Origin: Candidatus Latescibacterota bacterium
Lineage (GTDB): Bacteria; Krumholzibacteriota; Krumholzibacteriia; WVZY01; JAKEHA01
Length of the DNA stretch: 64,000 bases
Assembly: GCA_963707635.1 (NCBI GenBank)
Contig: OY970173.1
Span: forward strand, 1,056,001 to 1,120,000
Reading direction: 5' to 3'
Of the stretch, positions 1 to 10,721 are shown piece after piece (the first letter of the stretch is position 1; each line of letters begins with the position of its first letter). Made by a program: the position numbers and the translations under genes. A model generated the notes under the pieces. The model did not search any database, had not been told where the DNA came from, and was given only the letters and a program-made list of their open reading frames with translations.

Positions 1-448
1 GCTTCAACCTCACGTTCCTGGCCGACGTGGCGCGCCACGCGATTCTGCCGGTGGGCACGGTGGTGATGGCGACGCTGGGCGGCTGGCTCCTGTCGATGCG
101 CAACACGATGATCTCGGTGCTCGGCTCCGAGTACGTGAATCTCGCGCGCGCCAAGGGACTGCGGCCCGGGCGCGTGATGCTGCGCTACGCGGCGCGCAAC
201 GCGCTGCTTCCCAACGTCACCGGTTTCGGCATGGCGCTCGGTTTCGTGCTCGGCGGCTCGCTGCTCACCGAGATCGTGTTCTCCTATCCGGGGCAGGGCT
301 ACCTGCTGGTCCAGGCGGTGCGCAACCAGGACTATCCGCTCATGCAGGGCATCTTCCTGGTGATCACGCTGGCGGTGCTCGGCGCCAACTGGCTGGTGGA
401 CCTGGTCTACCTGTGGCTCGACCCGCGCATCAGGGACTCGTCGCGTGA
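1..448 (+). CDS. Opp/Dpp-family ABC transporter permease (OppB-like), 5'-truncated by the window edge
   Basis: EAA-like loop 'SEYVNLARAKGLRPGRVMLRYAARNALLP', plus 'TEIVFSYPGQG' and 'DYPLMQG...LDPRIR'. The stop is probably the TGA at 446-448, shifted out of frame by an indel. Confidence 0.85.
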   Translation, partial: LQPHVPGRRGAPRDSAGGHGGDGDAGRLAPVDAQHDDLGARLRVRESRARQGTAARARDAALRGAQRAASQRHRFRHGARFRARRLAAHRDRVLLSGAGLPAGPGGAQPGLSAHAGHLPGDHAGGARRQLAGGPGLPVARPAHQGLVA

Positions 449-1386
449 CGAAATCCGGAGCAGAGCGAGCCAGCGGCTTCGCTCTGTGGGTGCGACGCCA
501 TCCGCCGCGACCGCAAGGCCACGATCGGCGCCGTCATCTTCGCGTGCTTCGCGCCGTCGCGCTGGTCGGGCCCTGGTGGCGGGCGACCCCGACGCGCTCG
601 TCGGCATCCCGCTGCAGCCGCCGTCCGCGAAGCACTGGCTCGGGACCACCGGCCAGGGGCAGGACGTACTGGCGCAGCTCGTGGTGGGCACGCGCACCTC
701 GCTGGCCATCGGCTTCGTCGTCGGGTTCGTGGTGGTGCTGGTCGGCGCGCTGGTCGGGGTGACCGCGGGCTACTTCGGCGGCCGCGTCGATGGTCTGCTC
801 TCGCTCCTCTTCAACGTCTTCCTCGTGATACCCGGGCCTGCCGCTGGCCATCGTGATCGCGGCCTATCTGCCCGTCGGGGCCGCTCACGCTGGCGCTCGT
901 GCTGGTGGTCACGGGCTGGGCGTGGAACGCGCGCGTGCTCCGGGCGCAGACGCTGTCGCTGCGCAAGCGGCGACTTCGTCGCCGCCGCCGTCGTGGCGGG
1001 CGAGTCGAGCTTCCGCATCGTGACGCGCGAGATCCTGCCCACCATGACGTCGCTGCTCGTCGCGCAGGTGATCGGCAGCACGGTCTATGCGATCGGCGCG
1101 CAGGTCGGGTCTCGAGTTCCTCGGACTCGGCGACGTCTCCGCGGTGACGTGGGGCACCAACCTGTACTGGGCGCAGAACGACGCGGCGCTGCTCACCGGC
1201 GCGTGGTGGACGTTCGCGCCCACCGGGCTGTGCGTGGCGCTCGTGGGTTTCGGGCTCAGTCATGCTCAACTCCGGTTTCGACGAGATCACCAATCCGCGT
1301 CTGCAGCTCGAGCGCGCGTGGCGCGCCACCTCGAAGCGACGCGGGCACGAGCCCTCGCGCTCGACGCCGGTGGTGATGGATCGTGA
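445..1386 (+). CDS. Opp/Dpp-family ABC transporter permease (OppC-like), broken by several frameshifts
   Basis: Fragments in different frames: 'PPSAKHWLGTTGQGQDVLAQLVVGTRTSL', 'GWAWNARVLRAQTLSLR', 'LEFLGLGDVSAVTWGTNLYWAQN'. Confidence 0.8.
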
Positions 1387-2345
1387 CTGAGCCGCTGCTC
1401 TCGGTCCGCGACCTGTGCGTCGACTACATCACCGAACACGGCCCGTGCGTGCCGTCGACGGGGTGTCGCTCGACGTGCATCGCGGCGAGATTCTCGGCGT
1501 CGCCGGTGAGTCGGGCAGCGGCAAGTCGACGCTGGCGCAGGCGCTGCATGCGCATCCTGCCGCCGCCGGCGGTGATCTCCCGCGGCGCGGTGCGGTTCGA
1601 AGGCACGCGACGTGCTGACGCTCGACGAAGGGCGAACTGCGCGCGCTGCGCTGGAACGCGGATCTCGATGGTGTTCCAGAGCGCAATGGACGCGCTCAAC
1701 CCGGTGATCACCGTCGGAGAGCAGATCGTGGACACGCTGACCGCGCACCGGACGATCGGCACCGCCGCGGCGCGTTCGCGCGCGCGGCCGAGCTGCTGGA
1801 CGATGGTGGGCATCTCCGGCCGCGCGCTCGACGCGTACGCGCACCAGCTCTCGGGCGGCATGCGCCAGCGGGTGAGCATCGCGCTGGCGCTTGCGCTCGA
1901 ACCCTCGCTCGTGATCCTCGACGAGCCCACGACCGCGCTCGACGTCATCGTCGAGCGCGAGATCCTCGGAGCAGATCCGGGACCTGCAGGCCGGCTCGGC
2001 TTCGCGGTGCTGTTCATCACCCACGACCTCGCGCGCATGCTCCAGTTCTCGGATCGCGTGGCGGTGTTCTACGCCGCACGACTCGTCGAAGCGGGGCCGC
2101 CGAGCGCCTGCGCACGCGCCGCGTCATCCCTACACGCAGGGTCTGCTGCGCGCGTTTCCGACCGCTGCAGGGCGACACGGCAAGCCCGCAGCATCCCGGG
2201 CTCGCCACCGAGCCTGCAGAATCCGCCCACCGGCTGCCGCTTCCACCCGCGCTGTCCGCTCGCGCTTGCGACCGCTGCCGCGGAGCGCTCACCGGATTTC
2301 ACCCGCTGGGTCCGGCCACTTCGCCGCCTGCTTACCTCGCCGACT
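1383..2345 (+). CDS. Opp/Dpp-family ABC transporter ATP-binding subunit (OppD-like), frameshifted
   Basis: Walker A 'GESGSGKST' in an alternative frame, signature 'LSGGMRQRV', Walker B '[10 protein letters not shown]', H-loop 'ITHDL', C-terminal '[12 protein letters not shown]'. End coordinate is approximate. Confidence 0.85.
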
Positions 2346-2368
2346 AGTTTCTTCCTGCGGCGCATCCG

Positions 2369-5300
2369 CTACATCGCGAAGTGCAGATAGGTCCGAACCT
2401 CCCACTCCGTGCCGTCCTGGGCCGGGTCGGTGGGGCTGGGGAGGTAGCGTGGCGAGTTCTCGTCGAGCGACCGCCAGGTGCCGCGCACGCCGATGCGGGT
2501 CTGCGGGCAGGTGTCGAACCATCGCGGCAAGCCCAGCGTTCGCGACACGTCGCCCATCAGCTGCACCGGGAACGTCAGATTGAAGTCGCGGTGGTAGTCG
2601 TACGGGCCCCAGTCGTTGAACCGCGCGGCGACCGTCGAACGCGTTCTGGCTCCAGCGCGAGCCGCGCCTCCACACCGTAGCGATAGATCAGGCGGGTGAG
2701 CGATCCGTTGCGGCGTAATCGTCCCGTTCGCTCGCCGTGCCTCCGTACGAGTTCGCCACCATGTGCACCTCCGGGTTCGGGCTGGACACGAAGCGCAGCC
2801 AGACCTCCCACAGGTCGCGCGGCGGTGGCGCACCGGGGAACGCGGAGTGGCGGTTCGCCGTCGGCCGTGAAGATGCGTCGCGTCCTGCGTGGTGGGCATG
2901 TGGCGGAACACGAATCCGAGGCAGGCGGCGAGGTGCGCGTCCTCGCGCATGTCGTTGTCCCATGCCCACATCCAGGTCGCGGGCGTCGGGTCGTAGGCGA
3001 TCATGATTTCTCGGCGCCCACCGTCTCGCGGTTCGCGCGCACCGCAAACGGATCGTCGAGCACGTTGCGCGGACGCCCGGGGGCCGGCGACGTCGCCCGG
3101 AATCGGCCCGACCATCGGCTTCTGCCACAGGAAGTTCGGTCCGACCTGGAAGTTCCCAGGTTGTACCGCGAGCCCGGTGATGAGGTTGGACTGGTTGCCG
3201 GAGCCGCTGTCCTTGAGGCGCCAGCCGGTGAAGGTGTGGGTCGCCGTCGGCCCGCCGTCGGCGACCAGGCCCATGACGGGCGCCCTGCGCGTACCAGTGC
3301 CAGCGGCCGCGCTGCACGTGAGCTTGACCTTGGCGCCAAGCGCGTCGGCAGTCGATCACCTCATCGTTGAGTCATCGTGCACTCCGCCCCGTCTCTCCGC
3401 GATCTGGAAGGTCTCGCCGACCTTGTGGGCGCCCGACCAGATGCCGCCGACGTCGACCAGGACGGTCCACGGGTGCAGCTCGAGCTCCAGGGTGACCTTG
3501 TGCGTCGTCGGCATCGGGATCGCGAACGAGCTGGTCACGTGGTCGTGCGCTGGGCGACGTCCTCCTGGTACATGGCGGTCGCGGTGAACGGCCCCGAGCC
3601 GCGCGGCGGTACTTGAGGATCATCGCGGGATTGGCGCCCCACCACAGCTCCGTGTCCGAACGCGAGTGTCAGTCCGGTCAGCGCCTTCTTGCCGCGGCAT
3701 CTCGATGCCCGACGGGCGCCTCGCCGTTGTAGATGTCGATGTTCTCTCCGTAGTAGGCGTCGCGGTAGAGGCCGAAGAAGTCTCCCTGGTAGCCCCAGTG
3801 GAGGTGGCCGGTGCGGTAGAAGCCCTCGAGCGCGAACCAGCGGTCGTCCCAGGAGACGGCCGCGTGGTAGACCTTGACGCGCTCGAGACCGTCGATGACC
3901 ACGAGCCCGGCTGTCGGACTCGACGGCCGCGGCCGCGCCGCGGTTCTCGTAGAAGATCTCGTCGATCGGGTTGCGCGGCACGTGGCCGAGGATGTTGATC
4001 GACAGCCTTCCCGGTCACCGTTGTCGGTCGGGCTGCGCCTCGACGTCGATGTAGAACGACTGCATGTTGTCGAAGCCCCGGAACGACGGGCAGCTCGACG
4101 GCAGCGGCGCTGCGCGCATCCGGCGTCGTGGTCATTCGCACGCCGCCGGTGCTGATAGGTCTCGAACTCCAGACGCACCCCCGAGACACGCACGCGCTGT
4201 AGACGCAGCTCGAACCGAGACTGGCGGCTGCTCCCGCGCGCCTCAGCTCGGCGGCGCCGCGGCGATGGATCTTGCGAAGTGGGCGCGGATCTGCCGCCGA
4301 GGTCGGTGCCGGGCGCGTACGGGTCGAGCCGGAACGCGCTGCGCAGCGCGTAGTAGGCGGCGCGCGGGTACACGTCGTAGAGACCGCGCACATCCGGCGC
4401 GCCCTTGGCGCAGATGCCCCACCACTCCTCGTTCATGTTGTTGTCGCCCTCGACGAAGTCCTCGACGTAGCCGCCGTTGGGCCACGAGGCGTTGGTGTCG
4501 TGGACTATCGAGCCGGTCTTCCTGGCCGTACTTCCACCAGCCGTCGCTCCACTGGAAGACGAAACCGCCGATGGCGTTGCCCACGCGCCCCTTGCCGGCG
4601 GACTGCTCGTAGATCTCCGCCACTGGCCGATCAGGTAGCGCGCCTGCATCGTCTGGTCCTCTCGCATCGTCCTTGGCGTTGAAGGCGTCGGCACCGAACT
4701 CGCGTGAACATCACCGGCTCGCCGAGCGTGTCCTTCACCACCTGGAAGAGGTCGCGCGACGGAGATGCCGCGATAGACGTTGCGTGCCGAGGACGTCGAG
4801 CCCCTTGCACTCCTCGGCGATCAGGTCGATGTACTGGATGTCGCCGTTGGCGATGGCCACCGGGGCGTCGGGATCGCGCGCCTTGATGGCGACGATGACC
4901 TCGCCGAACAGCGAGTACAGGTAGCGGGCTCGCGCGGCGTCGCGCTCGCCCTCGGGCAGCGCCTCGATCTCGAACGAGGTCCAGGCCAGGCCGTAGTTGT
5001 TCTCGTTGCCGAGCAGCCACATCAGCAGGCCGGGGGTGTCCCGGAACGCGTCCACCTCGCCACGACGTCGGCCTTGAGCGGCTGCGCGCAGGCGCGGGTT
5101 GGCAGTAGTCGACCGACGGCGTCCAGACACCGTCGAGCGTGAAGCCGTAGCGGCCCATCGGATGGTTGATCATGGTGTAGATGCCGTAGCGTTCGTAGAT
5201 GTAGCGCACCCAGCGCGGCGGAATGCCGGCGTATACGCGGATCGCGTTGACGCCCATGTCCTGCAGCAGCGTCATCTCGCGGTCGAGCGCGGCCTCGATG

Positions 5301-5554
5301 ACCTCGTCGGGCTGGTTCCACAGGATGAACATGTAGTTGTCGCCGATGGGGAAGTAGTCCCAGTTCATCCCGCACACCATGAAGTCCCGTCCGTCCACCT
5401 GAAGGCGATCGCCCGCGTCGTCGGACACGACGCGCACGACCGGGATGGACTGTGCCAGGGATGAGGCGGAGGCGAGGGCGAGCACCGTGCCCGCGGCGAC
5501 CGCGGCGCACATGATGGACGCCAGCGCTCTCCCGGCTCGTGCCGTCGAGATCAT
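2369..5554 (-). CDS. Large secreted clan GH-A glycoside hydrolase (GH2-TIM/GH158-like) with a barrel-like C-terminal half; many frameshifts
   Basis: GGAGG RBS before the ATG at 5554 and a signal peptide. Motifs 'GMNWDYFPIG', 'MGVNAIRVY', acid/base 'WLLGNENNYG', 'GGFVFQWSDGWWK', 'NMNEEWWGI'. Fragments continue to 'EWEVRTYLHFAM*'. Confidence 0.75.
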
Positions 5555-5573
5555 GAAAGCCTCCTCGGGTGGT

Positions 5574-6951
5574 TCATGTCGTTCCGTCATCAAGGGCGTT
5601 GGTTCTCACGACGTCACGATACCAGAACGCACTCTGCTTCGGAATGCGCTCCTGCGTGGAGTAGTCGACCCAGTAAAGACCGAAACGCTTCGTGTAGCCC
5701 TGGGCCCATTCGAAGTTGTCCATGAGGGACCATGCGAAGTAGCCGTGCAGCGGAACGCCGTCGGCGATGGCACTCTGCGCCGCTTTCAGATGGGCCCGGA
5801 GAAACTCCACGCGACGCCCATCGTCGGACCCGGCGGGCCGCGTCGGGGGCGTCGGCATAGGCCGCGCCGTTCTCGGTGATGTAGACCTTCGGCGGCGCGT
5901 ACTCCCGGGCGATGCGCACCAGCAGCTCGTGCAGCCCCTGCGGGAACACCTCCCACCCCATGTCTGTGAGTTCGCTCGCGTCGACCGCGCCGACCTGCTG
6001 CGGAACTCCGGACGGGTCGGACCGCATCACGGCACGACTGTAGTAGTTGACGCCGAGAAAATCGAGCGGCGCGGCGATCGCCTCCAGGTCACCGGCGCGC
6101 ACGAAGGGCGGCACGGGTCCCTGCACATGGCCGCGGGCGATACGATCGGCCATGGCGTCCGCGGGGTAGCACCCGCGAAATATCGGATCCAGATACCACC
6201 GGTTGAAGAACCCGTCGAACCAGCGGGCCGCGTCGCGGTCGGCGTCGCGGGGGGAAGCGGGAAACGCGGGGCAGAGGTTGAGCGCGATGCCCACTTCCGC
6301 GCCGGGGGCGTTGCGGCGGATGACCGCACTCGCCCAGCCGTGCGAGAGCATGACGTGGTGCGCCGCGCGCAACGACTCCGCCGGGTCGCGGTGACCGGGC
6401 GCGTGCTCTCCGGTTTCGTGACCCAGGTGTGCGATGCACCAGGGCTCGTTGTGCGTCATCCAGTGGCGCACGCGGTCGCCGAGGCGGGCGGTGACGGTGT
6501 CCGCGTACTCGACGAACGCCTCGGCCGTGCGTCGCTCCGCCCAACCGCCGGCGTCCTGGAGCGCCTGGGGCAAGTCCCAGTGATACAGGGTGACGAAGGG
6601 CTGGATGCCGCGCTCCAGCAAGACGTCCACCATTGCATCGTAGAAATCGAGACCGGCGGCGTTGACGGCTCCGGTTCCCCGGGGCAGGACGCGCGGCCAG
6701 GCGATGGAGAAGCGATAGGCGCCCACCCCCAGCCACTGCATCAGGCCGATGTCATCGCGCCAGCGGTGGTAGTGATCACACGCAACGCCCGCGTTGGATC
6801 CATCGGCGATGCGGCCGGGGGTGGCGGCGAAGCGATCCCAGATGGACTCGCCACGGCCATCCTCACCAAACGCTCCCTCTATCTGGTGCGACGAGGTGGC
6901 GACGCCCCAGAGGAAACCGTCGGGGAATCTGGGGCCGGGTTTCGTGGTCAG
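5574..6951 (-). CDS. GH1 beta-glucosidase (one frameshift near 5835; start uncertain)
   Basis: 'FPDGFLWGVATSSHQIEG', 'CDHYHRW', catalytic 'THNEP' and 'YITENG'. The C-terminus 'GYFAWSLMDNFEWAQGYTKRFGL' is in the frame of ORF 5574-5858. Confidence 0.92.
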
Positions 6952-7961
6952 CTCCCGGACGCGGACGCGTCTTCCCGGTAGAGGTGGCAACGCACGAGAC
7001 GGCCGTCGACCGAACGCGGCTCTGGATCTTCGACACGGCAGACATCCATCGCCTCCGGACAGCGTGCAACGAACGGGCATCCGCAGCCGGTGCTTTCGCC
7101 GGTGGTGAGAAGCGTGCGCGGGCCCCGGGGCGACACCGTCCCGGATCCGGCGATGGAGGCGACAAGCGCGCGGGTGTACGGGTGTGCCGGCGCGTCGACC
7201 AGCGCACGCGCCGGGCCGTCCTCGACCACGCGCCCGCGGAATAGCACCAGGATGCGGTCCGAGACGTATCGTGCCGATGCCAGGTCGTGCGTGATGAGGA
7301 GGATGGCAAGCTGGCGCTCCCGCTTCAGCTGCAGGAGCAGGTTGAGCACCTCCATGCGGATGGAGACGTCGAGCATCGACGTCGGCTCGTCCGCCACCAA
7401 CAACGCGGGGTCGACCGCAAGTGCGCGCGCGATGGCGACGCGTTGTCGCTGGCCACCGGACAACTCGTGGGGATGACGGTCGAGGAACTCGTCGGCCGGC
7501 TCGAGCCCGACCGCTCGCAGGAGTTCGCTCGCCCGGGCGCGCGCGCCCGAGGCGGTTGCCCGTCCGTGGCGCAAGAGCGGTCGCACCAGATGGTACGCGA
7601 CCGTGTGCACCGGATTGAGCGAAGCAAACGGGTCCTGGAACACCATCTGCACGCGGGCACGGTAGGCGAGCGAAGCGCGGCGCGGTTCGCGTGTGAGCAC
7701 ATCCTCGCCGTCGAGCCGAATCTCGCCTCCGTCGGGGGTTTCCAGGCGCAGGATCAGGCGGGCAATGGTGCTCTTGCCGCTCCCGGACTCGCCCACGAGC
7801 GCGACGGCCTCGCCTCGATCGATGTGAAAGGAGACGTCTCGCGCGGCGGGGACGGAGCGGCGGGTGCCGATCAGCTTCCGGGTCACAAAGCACTTGGACA
7901 GGCGGCGTACGTCGAGGAGCGGATTCGGTGTGGATGTCGTGTTGTGACGTTGCACGGGCAT
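6948..7961 (-). CDS. Opp/Dpp-family ABC transporter ATP-binding subunit (OppF-like)
   Basis: 'GESGSGKST', 'QMVFQDPFASLNP', 'LSGGQRQR', 'ADEPTSMLD', 'HPYTRAL', C-terminal 'GCPFVARC'. Confidence 0.92.
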   Translation of the reverse strand: MPVQRHNTTSTPNPLLDVRRLSKCFVTRKLIGTRRSVPAARDVSFHIDRGEAVALVGESGSGKSTIARLILRLETPDGGEIRLDGEDVLTREPRRASLAYRARVQMVFQDPFASLNPVHTVAYHLVRPLLRHGRATASGARARASELLRAVGLEPADEFLDRHPHELSGGQRQRVAIARALAVDPALLVADEPTSMLDVSIRMEVLNLLLQLKRERQLAILLITHDLASARYVSDRILVLFRGRVVEDGPARALVDAPAHPYTRALVASIAGSGTVSPRGPRTLLTTGESTGCGCPFVARCPEAMDVCRVEDPEPRSVDGRLVRCHLYREDASASGS

Positions 7962-8019
7962 ATCAAACCCGCCGACCTTGCGGCCTGGTGGGAGCCCGGA
8001 GCGGCCCCTGGGGCCTCAT

Positions 8020-8085
8020 TCTAGCACAGCATACAAAAAAGGACCTTGATATATTATATTGTGAATGACTACTATTATAGCAAGC
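8020..8085. promoter_or_regulatory. AT-rich divergent promoter region
   Basis: 'atacaaaaaaggaccttgatatattatattgtgaatgactactattatag' in a very GC-rich context, between divergent genes (7961- and 8180+). Confidence 0.55.
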
Positions 8086-8179
8086 GGATAGGCAATCGCG
8101 AGCCGAACCGCGGCTCGCAGCCAGCGCACCACCCCGGATCCAGGCATTCTCCCGACACGGGGCCAGATGGAGTTACCGA

Positions 8180-9778
8180 ATGGTGGTTTTTGCGCGGTCG
8201 ATTCTTGTCATTTCGGCGTGGGTGATCTGTGGACTGTGGCAGACCGGCGCCAATGCCCAATGCCTCCTGGCGAATCCGAGTTTTGAACTCGCCGGGACCG
8301 GCGGCGCCGTATTTTCCGGCTGGAACCAGTTTGGACCGTGTGGCTCCACCGCGGATGCAACGCACGGTTCAGTGGCCGCCCGGGTCTCGGGGCCGAACCT
8401 GGGTGGCTGGGACGTGGCCGGCTACTGGCAGTCGTTCGACACGGCGCCAGGTGAACGCTGGTTGGCCACGGTCCGCGCCTGGCATTCATCCCCGAATCCG
8501 CTGACCGGCCAGTCCCGGGCGATCGTCAACATCGAGTGGCGCAATTCGGGTGGAGGCCTGATCTCCTACGAGTCGTACACACTCGCCGACGCGACGGTCC
8601 CTCTCGACGAGATACAAGGTTTCTCCGTGCAGAGCGGCGCGGCTCCCGCTGGAAGCGCGACGGTCCGCCTGCTGCTCGCCGTCCTCCAGGGCCCGGGCGA
8701 CCCGGTGCCCGATGTGTTCTACGACGAGGCCACATTCGACAACGTCGGTCCTCCCGCGCTCGATGCGCTGCAGTGGAACGACTTCCCGGCCGGCCGCACC
8801 GTGAGTTTCAGCAGCCGCACGTGGCGCGTGAAGGGTGATGGCTACTACGGCCCGGGGCCGAACCTGTTCGACAGCGGTGCCAACGCCGTGTGGGTGGACG
8901 CCAACGGGCGCCTGCACATGACCATCCGCAAGGTTGGCAACTCGTGGTACAGCACCGAGGTCGCGCTTCAGGACGCGCTCGGTTACGGCGACTACATCTT
9001 CACGACCGTGGGACGCCTGGACGCGCTGGACCCGAAAGTGGTGCTGGGCCTGTTCCTCTGGCAATACGGACGCTGCTGGGACACCGCGTACCTATGGTGG
9101 AACCCGTACAACGAGGTCGACGTCGAGTTCAGCCGGTGGGGAAACCCCGCCAACGACGTCGCGCAGTTTGTCGCCCAACCGTACGACTATCCCGGCAACA
9201 TCCAGCGTTTTGCGGCGGCCTTCAGCAACGGGGAAGTCACCAGCCACGCGTTTCGCTGGCTGGCCGACCGCGTCGAGTATCGCAGCTGGCGCGGCGGTCC
9301 GGGCGACGAGGCGACCTCGGTGCAGATCCACGCGTGGACCTACACGGGGCCGCACATCCCGCGGCCGGAGCAGCCGCGCGCCCACATCAACCTGTGGCAG
9401 GGGGCGGGTGCGCCGTCCACCAACCAGGAAGTGGTGTTGGGCGCGTTCACATTCATCCCCGATTCACCGGTCGGTGTGGACGACGGGTTGCCTCCGCGCG
9501 GCGCGGCGTCGCTGTCCAACGCGCGGCCGAATCCATTCAATCCCTCCACGGCGATCGGCTACACGATCGCGCGTGAAGGGCATTCGGAGATCGTCGTTTA
9601 CGACGTCTCCGGCCGGCGCGTGCGCGTGCTCGTCAGTGGCGTGGTGCCGGCCGGTTACCACGAGGTGCACTGGAACGGCCGTGACGACGCCGGCCGCCGT
9701 GTCGCCTCGGGCGTGTATCTCTACCAGCTTCGCGCGGGAGACGCGGTGGAGACGAAGAAGATGGTGCTCTTGAAGTGA
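8180..9778 (+). CDS. Secreted GH16-like glycoside hydrolase with N-terminal CBM-like domain and C-terminal FlgD/T9SS-like domain
   Basis: Signal peptide, 'LANPSFE' domain, GH16-type ExDxE motif 'NEVDVEFSRWG', C-terminal 'PNPFNPST...WNGRD..GRRVASGVYLY...KKMVLLK'. Confidence 0.75.
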   Translation: MVVFARSILVISAWVICGLWQTGANAQCLLANPSFELAGTGGAVFSGWNQFGPCGSTADATHGSVAARVSGPNLGGWDVAGYWQSFDTAPGERWLATVRAWHSSPNPLTGQSRAIVNIEWRNSGGGLISYESYTLADATVPLDEIQGFSVQSGAAPAGSATVRLLLAVLQGPGDPVPDVFYDEATFDNVGPPALDALQWNDFPAGRTVSFSSRTWRVKGDGYYGPGPNLFDSGANAVWVDANGRLHMTIRKVGNSWYSTEVALQDALGYGDYIFTTVGRLDALDPKVVLGLFLWQYGRCWDTAYLWWNPYNEVDVEFSRWGNPANDVAQFVAQPYDYPGNIQRFAAAFSNGEVTSHAFRWLADRVEYRSWRGGPGDEATSVQIHAWTYTGPHIPRPEQPRAHINLWQGAGAPSTNQEVVLGAFTFIPDSPVGVDDGLPPRGAASLSNARPNPFNPSTAIGYTIAREGHSEIVVYDVSGRRVRVLVSGVVPAGYHEVHWNGRDDAGRRVASGVYLYQLRAGDAVETKKMVLLK

Positions 9779-9922
9779 GTGTCGTGCGCCTTCTGCAGCG
9801 GCGTTCCCGGCGGCTGCGAAAGGCGGGCAGGGAGTGATGCAACGTCGGGATGATCGGGGCGTCGAGGCTCCAGGGCCCGTTCGCTCCGGATAACAACTCG
9901 AACCTCCAAAGGAGGAAGCACA

Positions 9923-10558
9923 ATGCAACTGCGCAAACAATCACTGATGGTCGCCCTGTTGGGGGCGTTCCTCATGGCCGTGGGCTCAGCCGCCCTCGCC
10001 CAGAACCAGCTGGCCAACCCCGGTTTCGAATCGGGCCTGGCGGGCTGGACATCGTTCGGCAACGCGTTCGCGGAAGGCGCGAATCCGCCCCAGTTCGTTC
10101 CCCGCACCGGCACCGGCCTGGTGTCGATGTTCGGCAACTTCTGGGGCAGCTTCAACGTGTCGGGCATCTTCCAGGAATTCGCCGCCAGCTCCGGCGAGAC
10201 GTACGACATGTCGTCGAGCGCGCGTCACTGGGCCGGCGATGCGATGGTGGGCGTCGGCGCGCCAGACGACAACTGGGTAGTGCAGAAGATCGCGTTCTTC
10301 GATGCGGGCCACAATGAAATCGGTGGCATCGATGCGACGATCCTCAACGGCACGTACGCGACGGACGCGTGGCACGACGCACCGATGATCAGCGGTGTCG
10401 CCCCGGCCGGAACGGCGTGGGTCCAGGCGCTGGTCCTGTACCTGCAGCCGATGTTTGCCGGCGGCGCCGGGCACATCGACGACGTGTACTTCGCACGCCG
10501 GGTCCCCTTGCCGACCGAGCCGTCGACCTGGGGCAAGGTGAAGGCGCTGTACCGGTAG
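9923..10558 (+). CDS. Secreted single CBM-like (galactose-binding-fold) domain protein with TWGKVKALYR tail
   Basis: GGAGG RBS, signal peptide, domain 'NQLANPGFE...IDDVYF', ends 'PTEPSTWGKVKALYR'. Confidence 0.75.
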   Translation: MQLRKQSLMVALLGAFLMAVGSAALAQNQLANPGFESGLAGWTSFGNAFAEGANPPQFVPRTGTGLVSMFGNFWGSFNVSGIFQEFAASSGETYDMSSSARHWAGDAMVGVGAPDDNWVVQKIAFFDAGHNEIGGIDATILNGTYATDAWHDAPMISGVAPAGTAWVQALVLYLQPMFAGGAGHIDDVYFARRVPLPTEPSTWGKVKALYR

Positions 10559-10721
10559 CCGCAGCCGGCGGACCACCGGGCGTCGGAGTCATGCGAGCAG
10601 AGGCGCGGGCCCTCCGCGCGCGAATGTGCGGGGGCGGTCCGCGCCTCCCTGACGGCGTCCCTACATCGCCGGGTTCAATTGTGGGCGGCCCGCGGCGCGG
10701 TGTCCGCCCGGGAGGAAGATC

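Noticed and set aside
27..1376. Apparent OppB-OppC fusion (449 aa)
   Set aside because: The frame drifts in and out of sense across indels. Two separate permease genes explain it better.
5614..7893. 759-aa ORF suggesting a GH1 with a long N-terminal domain
   Set aside because: The N-terminal part is an off-frame shadow of the ABC ATPase gene. GH1 similarity starts only near 6950.
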